From a virus, in IMG/VR virus record IMGVR_UViG_3300040811_001208, positions 7,955 through 71,954 of that record: DNA of 64,000 nucleotides. One strand, 5' to 3'. The notes below the pieces were generated by a model that had not been told where the DNA came from, ran no database searches, and saw nothing but the letters and a program-made list of their open reading frames with translations. Made by a program: the position numbers and the translations under genes. Below are positions 17,067 through 26,812 of this stretch, piece after piece (within the stretch, counting starts at the first letter, position 1; each line of letters begins with the position of its first letter).

Positions 17067-18001
17067 CCTTCCAGAACATCTATAAATTCTTGTGGTAAAT
17101 CACATGATTTAGCAACACTGATTATAGACTGCAATACAGTAACATCAACCAAAGACATTTTTACTAGTTCTCCCCAGATGATTTTGAAAGTTCCATATTT
17201 CCCATTCTTGACTTCAAAGAATGCCGCAGGGAATGCAGAAGCAATCAATGGATTTATGGTATTTGCATGAGTAATAAAATCTTTCATTTCTTTTGATTGC
17301 AATACCAAACTTTCAAATGTTTCCCAATCTGGATTTTGTACTGTAATTGCACTACCATCGAGTATATGTGATAAGGTTTCCTTTATGATACCAATAAACT
17401 CTTCAGGTAAATTGCAAGATTGTGCAACTCCAATAATAGATTCGATTATATTAACATCTACTGGAGAAATTTTAATGAGTTCATTCCAGACAGTATTGAA
17501 ACTGTTGTATTTCCCGCCCTTTGTCTCAAAAAATGCCGCAGGGAATGTTGAAGCAACCAAAGGATTTTTTGTAGAGGCAACAGAAATAAAATCTTTTATC
17601 TCCTTTGATTGAAGAATAATTGCTTCAAATGTATCCCAATCTGGTAGTTTTGCAATATCTTCTGGAAGTAGCTCACCAGAATCATAAGGTGCCTCATCAA
17701 TATGATTCTCTAGGATGACATAAGTTCTTTTTGCCCTATACCAAATGGCCTTATGAGTTTCTGGGTCGTAGTCGTTTTTAATAATGACCGGATTTCCATC
17801 GACATCTAGTACTGGTTCTCCATTTTCATCAAACTCTTGAGTATGTGGTTGAGGAACATTAATTGGGCCTACCCAACCAAGTTGAAGAAGTTGTTTATCA
17901 GTTAAAAGTTTCAGGTCAGTTCTTACTGTACCGTCATCAAATCTCCAACGGTCAGGAAGTTCTTGTGGATGACCACCTCTTGGGGTACTATATAATTTCA
18001 T
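17063..18001 (-). CDS. tail-associated protein (fibre assembly-like) with duplicated C-terminal domain
   Basis: paralog of 26813..27400; PDW..F..LQSKE..NPL.AS.FPAAFFE twice. Confidence 0.65.
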   Translation of the reverse strand: MKLYSTPRGGHPQELPDRWRFDDGTVRTDLKLLTDKQLLQLGWVGPINVPQPHTQEFDENGEPVLDVDGNPVIIKNDYDPETHKAIWYRAKRTYVILENHIDEAPYDSGELLPEDIAKLPDWDTFEAIILQSKEIKDFISVASTKNPLVASTFPAAFFETKGGKYNSFNTVWNELIKISPVDVNIIESIIGVAQSCNLPEEFIGIIKETLSHILDGSAITVQNPDWETFESLVLQSKEMKDFITHANTINPLIASAFPAAFFEVKNGKYGTFKIIWGELVKMSLVDVTVLQSIISVAKSCDLPQEFIDVLEG

Positions 18002-18018
18002 TTTTATGCTCTTTTTGA

Positions 18019-18402
18019 CTATTTATGTAATTTCACTTCACTATAAGTGGAGTTTGTTTTTTCATTGATTTGTTTTTTGATTCTTGCTCTTTTATCATTT
18101 GTAATATAAACCGCTCTTGCAAGTTCAATAAATGTTGATGAGAAATCTTGTTGTTTTTCGAGTTCTCTTAGTTCATCTTCAATCACCCATAATTTTTGAT
18201 TGACTTCTTTGAGTGATTGAAGGTCTTGTTCATTGTAAACCTTATGTTCTTTTGCGATGTTTGTGAGGTCGGTGAGTTCTTTGGTGATATAAGGATTATT
18301 AGAGTATTGTGATTTGATTTGGAGTATGGTGATTTTATCGAGTAGTTCACCGACTGATATTGGAGTTGTGATTATCATTTTGGGACAAAATACAAGTAAC
18401 AA
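18019..18402 (-). CDS. DUF6165-like protein (start probably MIITTP)
   Basis: PISVGELLDKITILQIK..LWVIEDELR..VYITNDKRARIK. Confidence 0.75.
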   Translation of the reverse strand: MLLVFCPKMIITTPISVGELLDKITILQIKSQYSNNPYITKELTDLTNIAKEHKVYNEQDLQSLKEVNQKLWVIEDELRELEKQQDFSSTFIELARAVYITNDKRARIKKQINEKTNSTYSEVKLHK

Positions 18403-18412
18403 AGTACAAAGT

Positions 18413-18895
18413 TCAATAGGTTACACACCGGAAGGCACGGACACAGCGGGTGTTCGTCTTAGTGCTGCCGCCCGCAGTGCCATAATTATAGTCAACGAAG
18501 CACGCAATCGTAGCATTAAACTCCGTAGAAGACCAATAAGTGGCGCCGGAGAAGGAGTCCCAGTTTGCTCTACAACAATATCCTGGGTTTTGGAGTTGTG
18601 TTACAGAAGGAACAAACCAGTCACTGGGATTAAACCCAGCAGAAATCATTGCAGAACATAAGGTTGGCCAATCACAAACACAACACCTATCATCAACGAG
18701 TTCTGTTGTAGTTCCGTTCCAGGTAGCACTCACTTGAGTTGATGCAGGAGCAACAATCCAGGCAGTTCCTCCTGCCTTACAAATAATTGCACTTTTATCT
18801 GGTAGTACAGTTCCTACAGGACAAGATTTTATAAGTGAACTCAATGAATCTGGTGATGCTACCCACCAATCTGCTGGCCCAATCGTAATTCCCAT
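18413..18895 (-). CDS. C-type-lectin-fold protein, DGR target 1
   Basis: WFVPS..L, YWSSTE, C-terminal VRAFR; carries variable repeat. Confidence 0.85.
   Translation of the reverse strand: MGITIGPADWWVASPDSLSSLIKSCPVGTVLPDKSAIICKAGGTAWIVAPASTQVSATWNGTTTELVDDRCCVCDWPTLCSAMISAGFNPSDWFVPSVTQLQNPGYCCRANWDSFSGATYWSSTEFNATIACFVDYNYGTAGGSTKTNTRCVRAFRCVTY
18425..18565 (-). repeat. DGR variable repeat VR1
   Basis: 141-bp repeat shared with 24100-24240 and 27480-27620; differences concentrated at codon positions 1-2. Confidence 0.85.
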
Positions 18896-18928
18896 ATGTC
18901 TACTTAAAGTCTTTATAAACTATTTAGT

Positions 18929-19405
18929 CTAAACAAAGTTCATATTCACATTCACTCTACACTTATCGTCACTGCAGGTAGTGCTACAATGAAGTCTAGA
19001 ACCATCAAATAATAACAAACGATTTCTAATGGACTCCACTTCTATCGTATCTTCTAAAATCGTAAGACCATTATTGGTATTCAAGTAATAAATCGCACCA
19101 ATGTTTTCATAGTCGTAATCAATATGATTACTATGTTTCTCTACTTTTTCTGTAGAAGGATATAGATTTGCTTTGATTCTTATAATCTTCGATGGACTTA
19201 ACCTCTCCAATAAGACATCAAAAATCTCATAAGATTCAAACAAGTGAGTAAAATAATAAGAAGAAGTAATCTTTAAGTTCTCCTGAAGATTGGACACATT
19301 AGGTGTCAGGTTCCAGGAGAACTCACTGTTTAAGATTGAGTTTTTAATCTTTAGAAACTCATCTTCTTCCAAAAAGTCATCAAAAATCTCAAACATAACG
19401 ACCAA
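18929..19405 (-). CDS. 2OG-Fe(II) oxygenase
   Basis: HID, YYLNTNNG, H.ST...R..VNMNF. Confidence 0.8.
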   Translation of the reverse strand: MVVMFEIFDDFLEEDEFLKIKNSILNSEFSWNLTPNVSNLQENLKITSSYYFTHLFESYEIFDVLLERLSPSKIIRIKANLYPSTEKVEKHSNHIDYDYENIGAIYYLNTNNGLTILEDTIEVESIRNRLLLFDGSRLHCSTTCSDDKCRVNVNMNFV

Positions 19406-20372
19406 CTTTTGCGGATACCTCTTGTATCTTTTTTACTACGGCAGTTTCTTCTTTTTTTCCTTCAATACGACTGACGATTTCTTTATAGGCATTTTCCATT
19501 TCTTCATCAGTAAACATAATCCTTTCTTCATTGAGTCTTGTGGCAAGGGAACTATCCATACTACAAATTCTCATTGGAGCAGGATGAAACTCACAATCTC
19601 GTTCAATGATATGAAAATCTTCTGGGTATGAAACATTATTCTTATGAGTGCCAGCAATGAGAACTGATGCCCTCTGTCCTACTGCCTTTGCAAAGTGCTG
19701 ACCACAAGTATCACAACCGATAAAGTAATCTGCTGTTTTGATGATACCAATCCATTCTCTCATATTGGGGTCTGGTTGTGGTTTATATGAAACACCATCG
19801 TGGTATTCGTGTGCTCCCATATAAATCACATTATAAGACTTAGAGAGTTTATTTACTAAACTTTCATAAAACTTCTGTGGGAATGAACGAAATGATGGGT
19901 CAAATACTCCCATAGGACACTTATTTGCAGTGCTACCATAAGGTTGAATCACAATCGTCTTTTGCTTCTTTTGAAGTTCTTTGACTTCGTGGATGATTTG
20001 GTGTCCTTTGATTTCTTCGAACTGTGAAAGTTTAAAGTATTCTTTTGGTAGGTTCTCATAATCTTTAGAACCATTGATTTCCTGGTGAAATGCCTGAATC
20101 AGGTTGATTTCGCCACGATAATATTCTGGGAGACGGTAAGGTTCTGGTGTAATGACTCTATCGGCATCCCAGAAATACTTTTCAAAAGTTCCTTTGGTTT
20201 CTGGGTTGAATGTTCTACCTTGTAGTTGTGGAAGTCCCCAGGAAAGAAAATCCCAACCGTGAATCATTACATAAAACTCTTCATCTTTATGTTTCTCTGC
20301 AAAGTATAGAAGTGCAGGAAGTGCAGTCATTGCTCTTCCAATACCACCATCAATCGTAATAACTGTTTTCAT
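19389..20372 (-). CDS. GT-B glycosyltransferase (GT9/heptosyltransferase-like)
   Basis: DGGIGR, IVIQPYG, FIGCDTCGQHFAKA. Confidence 0.7.
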   Translation of the reverse strand: MKTVITIDGGIGRAMTALPALLYFAEKHKDEEFYVMIHGWDFLSWGLPQLQGRTFNPETKGTFEKYFWDADRVITPEPYRLPEYYRGEINLIQAFHQEINGSKDYENLPKEYFKLSQFEEIKGHQIIHEVKELQKKQKTIVIQPYGSTANKCPMGVFDPSFRSFPQKFYESLVNKLSKSYNVIYMGAHEYHDGVSYKPQPDPNMREWIGIIKTADYFIGCDTCGQHFAKAVGQRASVLIAGTHKNNVSYPEDFHIIERDCEFHPAPMRICSMDSSLATRLNEERIMFTDEEMENAYKEIVSRIEGKKEETAVVKKIQEVSAKVGRYV

Positions 20373-21181
20373 TTGTATAGCATCCTTTGTTTATCAATCT
20401 TTGTATAGTGCTTCCACCAATATCTCCAATCTATGTATGGGTCTTCTTCAAGGCGTCCTTGTAGATGTAAAGTCAGCGATGAAATAGGATTGATTCGCAT
20501 TACATCAGTTTCCCATATCTTGCAAATGGTGTTTCCTTCGTGTATTGTATCATTCTTATCGCCAGTTCCATCCCATTCTTGGTATTGAGTTGCAAGTGTT
20601 TCAAATAAGTTCCAATAAGTTCTAAAAATCATTGGAGAAGTCATAAAACTATAAGTTGTAAACCATCCTGTTCTCCAATGACGATATTTACCTCTCATTA
20701 TCAGTTCTGGTGATAGATGCTTTGCCTCATAATCTTCTGGTGAATCCCATAAGAATAAACATAACTGTTTTTCTATAGGATACTTTTGTTGTAAGAATAT
20801 AAACTCATCCAGTGCTTCTTTCAGTGCAGTGGGACAATGTAAGTAATCATCTTCTATAGAATACACCAAATCTACATTACTATCTCTACATAACTCAAAC
20901 TGTTTGAGTGCAGTATAGTGATGTCCTGTTCCATCTAACTTCACAAACTCATAAGAATGTTTGGACTGTTTGAATAATGAATGCAACTGATTTAATGTTT
21001 CTTGTGATGAGTTGTCATCTAATACCTTAAAATGAATCGTATGAGATAGCACCTGATTTGAGGCATTCACCAATGATGTAACACAACCTAAAAGTAACTC
21101 TGCTTTGGACACTGAAATGAACCGTGGAAACTTTGATACATTACCACGGTCACAGGTTCTTAGGATAATCTCCAATCTCAT
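20369..21181 (-). CDS. GT-A (GT2-like) glycosyltransferase
   Basis: VLDDNS, YSIEDDYLH. Confidence 0.7.
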   Translation of the reverse strand: MRLEIILRTCDRGNVSKFPRFISVSKAELLLGCVTSLVNASNQVLSHTIHFKVLDDNSSQETLNQLHSLFKQSKHSYEFVKLDGTGHHYTALKQFELCRDSNVDLVYSIEDDYLHCPTALKEALDEFIFLQQKYPIEKQLCLFLWDSPEDYEAKHLSPELIMRGKYRHWRTGWFTTYSFMTSPMIFRTYWNLFETLATQYQEWDGTGDKNDTIHEGNTICKIWETDVMRINPISSLTLHLQGRLEEDPYIDWRYWWKHYTKIDKQRMLYK

Positions 21182-21996
21182 CGGTATTGTTGTTGTGGAA
21201 CTGCAATAAGTCCTTGTGATTGATTATAAGGTTTCCAAAACTCCATTCTCATTTGTTGATACTTCTGTTTGATTTCTTCTGGGATATAATACTTACAATC
21301 TTCATAATAGACAACTGGTTTAATCTTATGGAGATTTGGAACACCAGATTTTAGGTCAAACTTTGGATTCTCATAATCCAGTTGGTTGAAATCGTGTTTA
21401 TAATAATCTTTTCCAATGAACTCATAAATATCCTTCATTGTCTTTTCTGGGAACTTACAGAGTGATCCATACTCAACAAAGTGTATCATCTCTGGGTTCT
21501 TTGCCATTCCTTCTTTTAATGAAGTATAATGTGGAATGATGGAACGATTATAAATCTCATCACTTCGCTCAAAGATATTCTGGGAATATGTGAAATCATT
21601 GATTTGTTTATAATATAATGGATTATGAGTCCATAACTTTTCAAATGAATTGATAATCTCATCAATGTTTCTTACACAACACAAGACCTTTGTAGTTGGG
21701 AAAACTTGTTTAAGTAATGAAGTATTACGAGTCCAACTCCTTGAGGTATCAAAGATTGTGGATTGTGATTGTTGAGAATAATAACCTTCAAATAAACTTT
21801 GAATAGTATTGATGCGTCTTTCTTCATTGATGTTGGGACTATTCTCACATTCACTTAATACTCTTATGGTGTCTTCTACAATCATCGATAGTGGAGAAGA
21901 CACATCTGCATAAAAATCTGGGTTTTGTCTTAATATCGAAGACAAAAGAGTAGACCCAGACCTAGGGAGTCCGCTGATAAAAAAATAGTTTTTCAT
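21178..21996 (-). CDS. PAPS-dependent sulfotransferase
   Basis: FISGLPRSGSTLL 5'-PSB loop, VRN...S. Confidence 0.85.
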   Translation of the reverse strand: MKNYFFISGLPRSGSTLLSSILRQNPDFYADVSSPLSMIVEDTIRVLSECENSPNINEERRINTIQSLFEGYYSQQSQSTIFDTSRSWTRNTSLLKQVFPTTKVLCCVRNIDEIINSFEKLWTHNPLYYKQINDFTYSQNIFERSDEIYNRSIIPHYTSLKEGMAKNPEMIHFVEYGSLCKFPEKTMKDIYEFIGKDYYKHDFNQLDYENPKFDLKSGVPNLHKIKPVVYYEDCKYYIPEEIKQKYQQMRMEFWKPYNQSQGLIAVPQQQYR

Positions 21997-21997
21997 T

Positions 21998-22597
21998 TCA
22001 ATTTTGTTGACTTGGAAGAACCATTAGATTGAATGAAATAGAAATCCGCTCATCATCGTGGTGGTTGGTTTCTACTGAATGTGGGATGTATGATGGGAAA
22101 AGAAGAATAGAACCTTCTTCTGGTTCAATCCGCATCATTTCTCCGGTAAACTGGTTCTTTTCTTTGACAAGTTGGCAACCACCCCAGAGACGATTGAGAC
22201 CTGGATTGGAAAGAACAAGTTTACCACTTTCTGGTGGTGCCTTAAGATAGAAAACACCTGATAGAATCTCTCCGTGAACGTGTTCACTATTCATACATTC
22301 CCTGGAGTCATTGAAGTTGACCCAGGCGTGAGTGAGAAAGATATTATTTTCAATGAAGTTCAGGTCTTGTACTGCCTGAATCGCCATCTCACAAACATAT
22401 TGGAAGAGAGGTCGAAGTTCTGCTTCGCCTTGTAGTGTAAATGGTGACTGATAACCAGCGATATTTGATTTATGTTCTCCTTGTGGATTCTTTTCTTTGA
22501 AGTTTCTTACGCAGGAAAGGAAAGAATCCTTATGTTGTTCAAAGTCAGGGTAAACCGACATCCATACTGGAGTGGAAAAGATTGGTAGTAGTTCCAT
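21998..22597 (-). CDS. 2OG-Fe(II) oxygenase (TIGR02466-like)
   Basis: WVNFN..HVH..LSGVFY..FPSYIPHSV..RISISFN. Confidence 0.85.
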   Translation of the reverse strand: MELLPIFSTPVWMSVYPDFEQHKDSFLSCVRNFKEKNPQGEHKSNIAGYQSPFTLQGEAELRPLFQYVCEMAIQAVQDLNFIENNIFLTHAWVNFNDSRECMNSEHVHGEILSGVFYLKAPPESGKLVLSNPGLNRLWGGCQLVKEKNQFTGEMMRIEPEEGSILLFPSYIPHSVETNHHDDERISISFNLMVLPSQQN

Positions 22598-22699
22598 AGT
22601 GTATTTCAGGTTTGTTGTTTATTCTATGTCATTAAGGGTATTTATGCAAGACTTGTCTCTAGAGTAAACTTGTAGTCTCGTGGAAAGTTTTTTACGATA

Positions 22700-23983
22700 T
22701 TGAACTACCGCGATGCTAAAGACATCGCGGATTCCTTCTTCACCGGAGTTTGCCTACAAGTAGGTCTTACATCTCCTCCAAAGGCAGTAACGCTAGTTCC
22801 TAACGCCATTAAATTCTTTGCTGCGTTTATATCTCTATCGTGAGTAGTTCCACAAGCATCACAAGTCCATTCTCTTATGTTTAATGGAAGTGAAGACTGG
22901 ATAGTACCACAAGAACTACAAGTCTTGCTTGAAGGATAGAACCTGTCAACTTGTATTAGTTCTCTTCCATACATAGTTGCTTTGTATTTTAGAAAAGTCA
23001 AGAACTGGTACCATCCTTGTTGAGATATTGCGCGAGCAAGTTTTCTATTCTTTACCATACCGGAAACATTTAAATCCTCAAGAACAATAACTTGGTTTTC
23101 GTTAATGATTCTTGTAGACAACTTATGTTGGAAATCTTCCCGGATGTTGACAATCTTTTCTTGCTGTCTTGCGACTTTTATTCTTGCTTTATTTTTGTTT
23201 TTAGAACCATTTTTCTTTTTAGAATGTTTCTTTTGTAGTTTCTTTAGTTTATTATAATGAGGTTTCAAGTCAGGCATCTTGACTTTTTCGCCAGTAGATA
23301 ATGTAGCAAAGGTTTCAATGCCCAAGTCTATTCCAAGAACTTTGTCGCAAAGTGGTAAGGTGTAGTTATTTGGGTCGTCAACCAAAATAGAAATAAACCA
23401 CTTTCCAGAAGAAGTTAAAGAAATAGTAATAGAACTAATGTCTTCACTTGGTAGTTGTCTACTCCAACGAATGTTTAACTTTTTCTTGGATTTCGCAATA
23501 AAGATTTCTCCATTTTTGTAAGAGAAACCTGCTTTGGTTAAGGTAATAGAGTTTCTATTACTCTTCTTCTTAAATCTAGGGAAACCAACTTTCTGGTTCT
23601 TCTTCAATCCCCTAAAGAAGTTATTGTATGCTTCTTGGAGGTTTTGAAGAGATTGTTGAAGAGCAACAGAAGAAACCTCATTCAACCAACTAGTTTCTTC
23701 TTCTTTCTTGAGGTTAGTTAAAAGGGAAGAAGTTTCACTATAAGAAACCGACTTTTGATTTGTAGTCCATTCCTTAATGCGTAAAGCAAGAAAGTGGTTA
23801 TAGACAAACCTGCTACAACCCATAGTCTTCCGCAGAAGAACTTCTTGGGATGGAGAAGGATAAAATCTATAACGAAATGCTCTATACATTCTTATGTGGA
23901 ATGCGATTGACTACATAAGTATTTAGTAAAGTTTGTTCCTTACATCCGCGAAACAAAAGACTTTGCGGTTTTACGGAACGCAG
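22700..23983 (-). mobile_element. IS200/IS605-family (IS1341-type, tnpB-only) element
   Basis: inserted 3' of TTTAT; LE hairpin CCGCAAAG..TTTCGCGG; RE hairpin CCGCGATG..CATCGCGG followed by TTCAA; removal restores flanking ORF. Confidence 0.85.
22705..23889 (-). CDS. tnpB: TnpB RNA-guided endonuclease
   Basis: RAFRYRFYP HTH, GIDLG, VLEDL, CSSC..CDAC Zn ribbon, DRDINAAKN. Confidence 0.95.
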   Translation of the reverse strand: MYRAFRYRFYPSPSQEVLLRKTMGCSRFVYNHFLALRIKEWTTNQKSVSYSETSSLLTNLKKEEETSWLNEVSSVALQQSLQNLQEAYNNFFRGLKKNQKVGFPRFKKKSNRNSITLTKAGFSYKNGEIFIAKSKKKLNIRWSRQLPSEDISSITISLTSSGKWFISILVDDPNNYTLPLCDKVLGIDLGIETFATLSTGEKVKMPDLKPHYNKLKKLQKKHSKKKNGSKNKNKARIKVARQQEKIVNIREDFQHKLSTRIINENQVIVLEDLNVSGMVKNRKLARAISQQGWYQFLTFLKYKATMYGRELIQVDRFYPSSKTCSSCGTIQSSLPLNIREWTCDACGTTHDRDINAAKNLMALGTSVTAFGGDVRPTCRQTPVKKESAMSLASR

Positions 23984-24087
23984 ATAAAAACTCTTTTAAT
24001 CAGTTCACTCACATCTCTATAGATTTTCAGTTCTTCTACCATATTAAAAAAATCCGTTTACAAAGTACAAGTAACAAAGTACAAAGG

Positions 24088-24558
24088 TCAATAAGTCACA
24101 CACCGGAAGGCACGGAAACAGAAGGTGCCCGCCTTACCGCTGGTGCTCGCAGAGCCATTAGTATAGCGAACGAAGCACGCACACGTAGCATTAACCTCCG
24201 TAGAAGACCAATAGTTGGTGGCGGAGAAGGAGTCCCAGTTGGTTCTACAAACATATCCTGGGTTTTGGAGTTGTGATACTGAAGGAACAAACCAGTCTCC
24301 TGGATTAAAACCACAATTAATCAGTTGAGTTTCTAGTCCACTCCACTCATAAACACAACACTTATCACCAACTTCTGTTGAGTTATATTGTCCTCCTGCC
24401 CATTGAGAACCTACTTGAGTGCAAGATGGTGCCACGATCCAGGCAGTTCCTCCTTCCTTACAGATGATTGTGGAACCATCAGGAAGATAAGTTCCTTCTG
24501 GGCACGCTGAAACTAGATTTGCTTGCCACCAAGGTGTTGGTCCAATAATTAATCCCAT
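24088..24558 (-). CDS. C-type-lectin-fold protein, DGR target 2
   Basis: paralog of 18413..18895; YWSSTE..FRAFRCVTY. Confidence 0.85.
   Translation of the reverse strand: MGLIIGPTPWWQANLVSACPEGTYLPDGSTIICKEGGTAWIVAPSCTQVGSQWAGGQYNSTEVGDKCCVYEWSGLETQLINCGFNPGDWFVPSVSQLQNPGYVCRTNWDSFSATNYWSSTEVNATCACFVRYTNGSASTSGKAGTFCFRAFRCVTY
24100..24240 (-). repeat. DGR variable repeat VR2
   Basis: 141-bp repeat aligned with VR1 and VR3. Confidence 0.85.
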
Positions 24559-24587
24559 ATTCTTTACCGTTTTTTATCTATTTAGTT

Positions 24588-26765
24588 CTAAGAAAGTGTA
24601 ACAATACCTGTTCTAATAACCCCATCAGTTCCTTTGACTCTTATGGTTAATGTAGTATTATTAGTAAGTTCAAAACTCATTGTTGAATTATTTGTTGGAC
24701 TTGATGTGCTCCCAAGACCAACAGTGGTTATTCCAGTTATATTTGCATTACCACGAACATCTAATGTTGATGTTGGAACTGATGTTCCTACTCCAACATT
24801 GCCTGATGGAGAAACTTCAAATGCAGTTTCTATGGTTCTGGTTCCCGTTGCATTAGTGGAAAGACCAGTAAATCTATTGATTCTAAAAAGACTGCTGTTG
24901 TCATTAACAACAGTTACAAGTTGTCCACCATTTAGTGGTTGGTCTAGTTCACCTTGGAATAATATAGAACCTCTTGTTGGGGCATAAGTGCTGACTCCAG
25001 GAGTGATTGGTTCTATATTGACTGACGTAGAAGATTGTCTATTGAAGTCTAATTGTTCACTAAAAGTAATTCTATCACGGATTAGAACATTTCCAGTTGC
25101 ATTTGTATTACTTCTAATATGAAAATCACTTTCTGGATTTGTGATTCCAATACCAACTCTACCACTTTGTGTTACATCAATTGCCGGAACTGAACTACCA
25201 CTAAAATACTTATAACCACCAACACTGAATATATTTCCTGTTGGGTCATTGGTTATTGCAAATAGTGATGCCGGGAATAAAGAAACACCATCAGTAGAAA
25301 TACCAGCAGGACTATCAAAACTGATTGCTCCACCTGCAAAAGTAACGGTTTCTATGCCAACCTGATACTCAAAGTTATTATAATGGTTAATATCAATCTG
25401 TTCTGTTGCGGTAGAACCAGCAGAAGTGACCCTTAGGTTTCCATTTACTTGTAACTTTGCTTGCGGATTCGTCGTTCCAATACCAGCATTACCTGATGCA
25501 CTTGCCTCAAAGATTGGTTTGCGGTTTAGGTCATTGACTCTAAAGATACTACTTGAAAGATTGTTTGAAATACTAAAGATTTGAGTTCCTCTATCAGTTT
25601 GGGCAGTCCCCACTGGAGCTTCAAAACTTAGAGCACCCTTATCACTAAACTTTGGAACAATACTGACATATTCTGTTGTTGTAGAGAATGGTGCTCTTAC
25701 ACTCAGTCTTCCATAAAGTTCATTATAAACAGAACTATTGGCAGTAGTGATTGATGTGCCAACTCTTAGAGCACCATAAGTTGTGACAATACCAAGAGGA
25801 CTTACACTGAATAGATTACGATTTTCAAATGAAGCAATTGAAAGATTGTCATAGTTTGCATAACGATAAACCGAGAATGCACTTTCACTTTGATTATTAG
25901 AAACAGAGAATAACTGGTTTCCTCCGTAGTTTGCGATTTCTAATAAACCATTATCCCTAGAAACCGCAGAGATTTCCATTTTTTCTGTTGATGCTGCACC
26001 AACAGAAGAACCAATCGTAACTTTTGGATTAAATGCACCAGAAGCAGAAACAACAAAGTCGGTTCCAATATCAAGTGCTTGTGAGCCTGATGCTTGTTGT
26101 ATTGTGAGTTTTGAGTTTGCTGATGCTTTTGTGGTTCCAATACCAACATTTTTAGAAAGAACTACATTACCTGTATCATAAACAGCAAAAGCAGAAGTTC
26201 CATCATTATCATTAATAACATAAAGTTCTCCAGATTCTGCTGGTTCTGTTGTGACACTGAAGAGATGGTCTGTATTGATTCCACTTTGAAATACCAAAGA
26301 ACCACCATTTGATTCATAGTGTTTCGCAGTGATTTGAGTGGTTGATGCTGCACCAGTGACAAGAAAGTTGACAAGTGGTGTTTTCAATATTGGAGTATCT
26401 ATAGAACTTTCTACAGAAACTTGCCGTATTGTTGTAACTCCACTATTAGATACTGATAATAAAGGGAGTGCATCACTATCACTAATGACATAAACCAAAT
26501 CTGGATTCCCAGAATCTGGTTCATTTGTGATTGAAAATATTAGATTATCTGTGGTTGGTTCAAAATCTTCTTTTCGATATACTAAAGAACCACCATTACT
26601 TGTGGTGTGAAGTGCAACAATATTATCGCCAATAGTTGACCCAACAGAGGTGATTTTTACATCTCCGGTTATGTCAAGAGTTGTCGTTGGATTTGTGGTT
26701 CCAATGCCAATCTTACTATCCTTCAGTACAAAATCTTTGCCAAATCTAACTCTGTTCTTAGGCAT
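24588..26765 (-). CDS. tail fibre protein
   Basis: repeated GIGTTNP/GNVGIG segments and repeated GG.L.F...LFS(I/V)TN modules. Confidence 0.75.
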   Translation of the reverse strand: MPKNRVRFGKDFVLKDSKIGIGTTNPTTTLDITGDVKITSVGSTIGDNIVALHTTSNGGSLVYRKEDFEPTTDNLIFSITNEPDSGNPDLVYVISDSDALPLLSVSNSGVTTIRQVSVESSIDTPILKTPLVNFLVTGAASTTQITAKHYESNGGSLVFQSGINTDHLFSVTTEPAESGELYVINDNDGTSAFAVYDTGNVVLSKNVGIGTTKASANSKLTIQQASGSQALDIGTDFVVSASGAFNPKVTIGSSVGAASTEKMEISAVSRDNGLLEIANYGGNQLFSVSNNQSESAFSVYRYANYDNLSIASFENRNLFSVSPLGIVTTYGALRVGTSITTANSSVYNELYGRLSVRAPFSTTTEYVSIVPKFSDKGALSFEAPVGTAQTDRGTQIFSISNNLSSSIFRVNDLNRKPIFEASASGNAGIGTTNPQAKLQVNGNLRVTSAGSTATEQIDINHYNNFEYQVGIETVTFAGGAISFDSPAGISTDGVSLFPASLFAITNDPTGNIFSVGGYKYFSGSSVPAIDVTQSGRVGIGITNPESDFHIRSNTNATGNVLIRDRITFSEQLDFNRQSSTSVNIEPITPGVSTYAPTRGSILFQGELDQPLNGGQLVTVVNDNSSLFRINRFTGLSTNATGTRTIETAFEVSPSGNVGVGTSVPTSTLDVRGNANITGITTVGLGSTSSPTNNSTMSFELTNNTTLTIRVKGTDGVIRTGIVTLS

Positions 26766-26812
26766 TGCTATTGTTATACACTTCCTTTTTTATATTTAGG
26801 TTTAATTCCAAC

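Larger units (their letters stand above)
22642..24042 (-). pseudogene. avd: truncated DGR accessory gene (avd-like) split by IS
   Basis: Joining 24042-23984 to 22699-22642 gives MVEELKIYRDVSELIKRVFIIVKNFPRDYKFTLETSLA*, resembling the Avd N-terminus; lies directly after VR2. Confidence 0.7.
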
